A stretch of DNA of 64,000 bases from Torpedo marmorata (lineage: Eukaryota), in the NCBI GenBank assembly GCA_977017645.1, contig OZ360225.1, positions 98,580,001 to 98,644,000 of the forward strand, written 5' to 3'. Shown in pieces: positions 61,070 through 64,000 of the stretch. The first letter of the stretch is position 1; each line of letters starts with the position of its first letter. The notes under the pieces are model-generated. The model saw only the letters and a list, made by a program, of their open reading frames with translations, ran no database searches and was not told the origin of the DNA. The position numbers were made by a program, and so were the translations under genes.

Positions 61070-61770
61070 AGCGCCGCTGCCAGACCTGTGCAGACCTGGA
61101 AGAGTGGGGAGTGGAAAGCGGAGACACTGCGCTGTTCCAAAGGGTTCAACCATTCGGTCCTAATGCTGGCAGCTCTGTACAGGCTTAAAATGGTCTGTTA
61201 AAGGAACAAACAGCATTTTTAAAGAAAACTCCTGCAACCACGAAGGTCTGTGCCCAAGATGATGGCGCCTGTGCTCAGCAGGAGAAGGTGAAGCATAGAA
61301 GTCGACCCTACAGGACGGTGCCCATGGCGACAGACTAGCAAGGGGCTCAGCATCTGAGGGACCCACACAGCCTGTGGATGACTTGCGGTCGGGGGACCCG
61401 CAACCTGCTGCAGGCCGCTGGAGGCTGGCTCATGGGAAGCAGGCACCAGAGCTGAGATTTGAGGGGGTGCTGAGGACAAGACGGGCTCCCAAAGGGCGTC
61501 AGGTGCTGAAGGCTTCCTGATCGTGTCAGAGGTTTGGACCTGGAGCTCAGGTTGCCGATGAATCGAACAGGATTCTGTGTGGCTGGAGGCGAATCCATGC
61601 ACACTCCGTGACTCTGAAGTGACTCTCTTTTACTTCCCTTTGTCTCTTACTGTAAGGGCACCAGGCGACACTAACTGCGACTCTTTGTCTGCCTTACGAA
61701 GAAGGGAATTCCATGTAATATTACACGTTCAGTACTATTACATAACAATAAAGGAATCTTGAATCTTGAA
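61070..61770 (+). mobile_element. GC-rich non-coding retroelement, unassigned family, copy B
   Basis: Colinear with 38771-39596; ends ATTACATAACAATAAAGG(AATCTTG)2; inserted inside Rex1 coding sequence. Confidence 0.8.
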
Positions 61771-61889
61771 TGAGATATTGATACTGTTAGGACCTCAGTC
61801 AGCTTGTCCGCACAGTCTCTCAGCACCTGACCAGGTATATTATCTGGTCCTGCTGCTTTGAGTGGGTTCATCCTGGATAGGGTCCTCAT

Positions 61890-62432
61890 ACCATTGAGAG
61901 CGTATTGACATATGGTATCTCGGCGTGGTATGGTAACTGCCTAGTACAAGACCGTAAAGTACTCCAGCGGGTGGTGAAAACTGCCCAGCGGATTATTGGC
62001 TTGCAGTTGCCTACCATCGAGAACATCTATAGAGAACGGTGTCTGGGCAGAGCGAGGAACATTATTAAGGATGCATCTCACCCTAACCACGGACTTTTTA
62101 CTCTTCTCCCATCGGGCAGACGCTACAGGAGCCTTCGCTCGCGTACCAGCAGGCTGAAGAAGAGTTTCTTTCATGAGGCTGTGAGCCTGATGAACACTGA
62201 ATCACAGCGTTGAGTGGTACTGCACTCACAGTGTAATATCAGTACTTTTATAATAGTTTGTTGTTGAATAGGTTGTCGTTGTTGACTAGGTTATTGTTGG
62301 TTTTTATTGCACATGTTTTATTGTAATGTATATAGCGCTATTTTTTAAACTTCTGGTTGGATGCTAGTTGTATCTCATTGGCTTGTTTTGAACTGGTACA
62401 ATGACAATAAAGTGCATCTAATCTAATCTAAT
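61890..62432 (+). mobile_element. Rex1/Babar-like LINE 3' fragment (subfamily D)
   Basis: ORF 61905-62213: AWYGNC..LQRVVKTAQRIIG..DASHPNHGLFTLLPSGRRYRS; tail GACAATAAA..(ATCTA)3. Confidence 0.9.
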
Positions 62433-62959
62433 CACTTCAGCTTTGGCTATGCAGGGTACTTGTTCCTTGGCCTGGGGGGGGAGGGGGGGGGGAACGGGGC
62501 TTTCTTTGGCGTTGCATTGTTTTCTGCATCGAACTGTGCGTAGGTGTTCAGCCTTTTAGGAAGGGAGACGTCATTATCGCGGACCCGCAAGGTTGATTTT
62601 GGTCTGTTATGGTTTTAATACCTTGCCACATGCACCTCGTTTTGCCAGTGTCGCACAGTTAACTGTGGATCTTCTGTGCGTAGCCCCACTTTGCCTTCCT
62701 GATTTCTCAGGAGAGTTCACCCCTTGCTGTTATTAGTGCCATCTTATCGCCTGACTTGAAAGCAGCGTCCTGAGCTCTGAGTGGTGCCTGGAGATCTGCA
62801 TGTAGCCATGGTTTCTGGTTCACCCTGGCTGTGTAGTTGCCAAGACTCCCGTCTCAGGAATTCTTGTCCTACGCCTTTCTGACTCTCTTTTACTCTTTAC
62901 TCATCGATATGTGTTTCCCCTTTTTGACCAAGTTTTTGATCACCTGCCCTCATCTAACG

Positions 62960-63750
62960 TGACTTGATTTTGGAGGTTTAAGCTGGACAAGCAGGAGGAT
63001 GGGAAGCAGAGTGCGAGGTCAGATGATGGACAATTGATGGAAAAGTAGATGCAATGTGTAGTGAGACTGTTAGGAAGGACAGGCAATGGATGGGACTTAA
63101 ATGTAGTCAATGTGAGAAGTATTAAGAATAAGGTCAACAAACTGAGAGCAGAGATCAGTGCATGGAATTACGATGTGGACATTACAGAGATTTGGCTGTC
63201 ACAAACGCAGGATTGGCTAATTCATGTTCAGGGGTTTAGATATTTCAAAAAGGATAGGGAGGAAGGTAAAAGAGGGGCTGCAGGAGTGGCATTGCTCATC
63301 AGGGATAGTATCACAGCTGCAGAAAGGGGGGATGTTTTGGAGAGATCCACTAATGAGTCTGTATGGGTGGAATTCAGATACAGGAAGGAGCAATCACACT
63401 ATCGGGAGTATTCTCTCGGCCCCCAAATAGCCACCAGGACACAGAAGAGCAAATAAGTAGGCAGAATTTGGAAAGCTTCAAAAATAATAGGATTGTTGTC
63501 ACGGGAGACTTCAACTTCCCTAATATTGACTTACACCTTCATGCAAAAGGTAGATTGGGTAGAATTTGTCAGGTGTATCCAAGAAGGATTCCTGACAGAG
63601 AACATGGACAAGCCAACTGAGGAGAGGCCTTACTGGATATAATACAGATAATGAACCTGGTCAAGTAACAGGCCTCTTGGTGGGTGAGCATTTCAGAGGC
63701 AGTGATCACAACTCCCTGATATTCAGCATAACTATGGACAAGGATAGGAG
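62960..63750 (+). mobile_element. CR1-clade LINE endonuclease region
   Basis: NVRSIKNK..ITEIWL, KDR..GVALLIRDSI, RPPNS, VVTGDFNFPNID, SDHN. Confidence 0.88.
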
Positions 63751-64000
63751 CAGATGGCGTAGCGTAGTGGTTAGCACAATGCAATAACAGCATTAGTGAC
63801 CAGGATTCAAATTCGGTGCTGTCTGTAAGGAATTTGTATGTTCCCCATGTCTGCGTGGGTTTTCCCCGGGTGCTCCAGTTTCCTCCCACCCTCCAAAACA
63901 CATGGGGTTGTAGGTTAATTTAGGTGTAATTGGGCGGCATGGGTTTAAATGGCCGGAATCGGCTTCTACTGTGCTGTAAATAAAATTTAAAATTTAATTT
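63751..64000 (+). mobile_element. V/HE1-type tRNA SINE
   Basis: A-box TAGCGTAGTGG, B-box-like GGATTCAAATT, V-domain, (AAATTT)n tail reaching the window end. Confidence 0.9.

Larger units (their letters stand above)
60110..62845 (-). mobile_element. Rex1/Babar-like LINE fragment (subfamily C) broken by three later insertions
   Basis: [23 protein letters not shown] (60110-60334); QQSITPAGFKA (~61035-61069); KAAGPDNIPGQVLRDCADKL (~61790-61889); NQKPW..AAFKSGD..EIRKAK..MWQGIKTIT (~62430-62845). Confidence 0.85.

Noticed and set aside
1-64000. CRISPR array, operon or other prokaryotic/viral system
   Set aside because: No regularly spaced direct repeats, no gene-dense coding structure, and no viral protein motifs recognised; the content is vertebrate retroelements and non-coding DNA

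Overview
This is non-coding vertebrate genomic DNA with an elasmobranch-type repeat repertoire (shark/ray; inferred from HE1/V-type tRNA SINEs, a DeuSINE, and CR1/HER1-like, Rex1/Babar-like, L1 and Penelope-like retroelements). No intact protein-coding gene can be supported, and every recognisable ORF is a retrotransposon fragment. The window has two TE-saturated ends: 0.6-14.1 kb, with a four-level nest (CR1 > CR1 > Rex1 > L1), and 58-64 kb. Between them lie a mixed middle and a TE-poor, AT-rich domain (~43.4-57.9 kb) with motif-dense blocks that look like conserved cis-regulatory elements. A few minus-strand splice-signal candidates suggest the window could be a large intron or the 5' region of a minus-strand gene. 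The most notable observations are: (1) a dispersed family of minimal hammerhead-ribozyme motifs in Penelope-derived terminal repeats, some arranged as palindromic non-coding elements; (2) an unassigned GC-rich non-coding retroelement with a Rex1-like 3' tail (3 copies); (3) an L1 with 16-bp TSDs whose ORF1 middle is replaced by a 50-bp inverted copy of its own spacer; (4) a five-CCAAT cluster upstream of an ATG|GTAAGT candidate first exon. All calls were made by eye without database searches, and TE boundaries are approximate unless TSDs are given.
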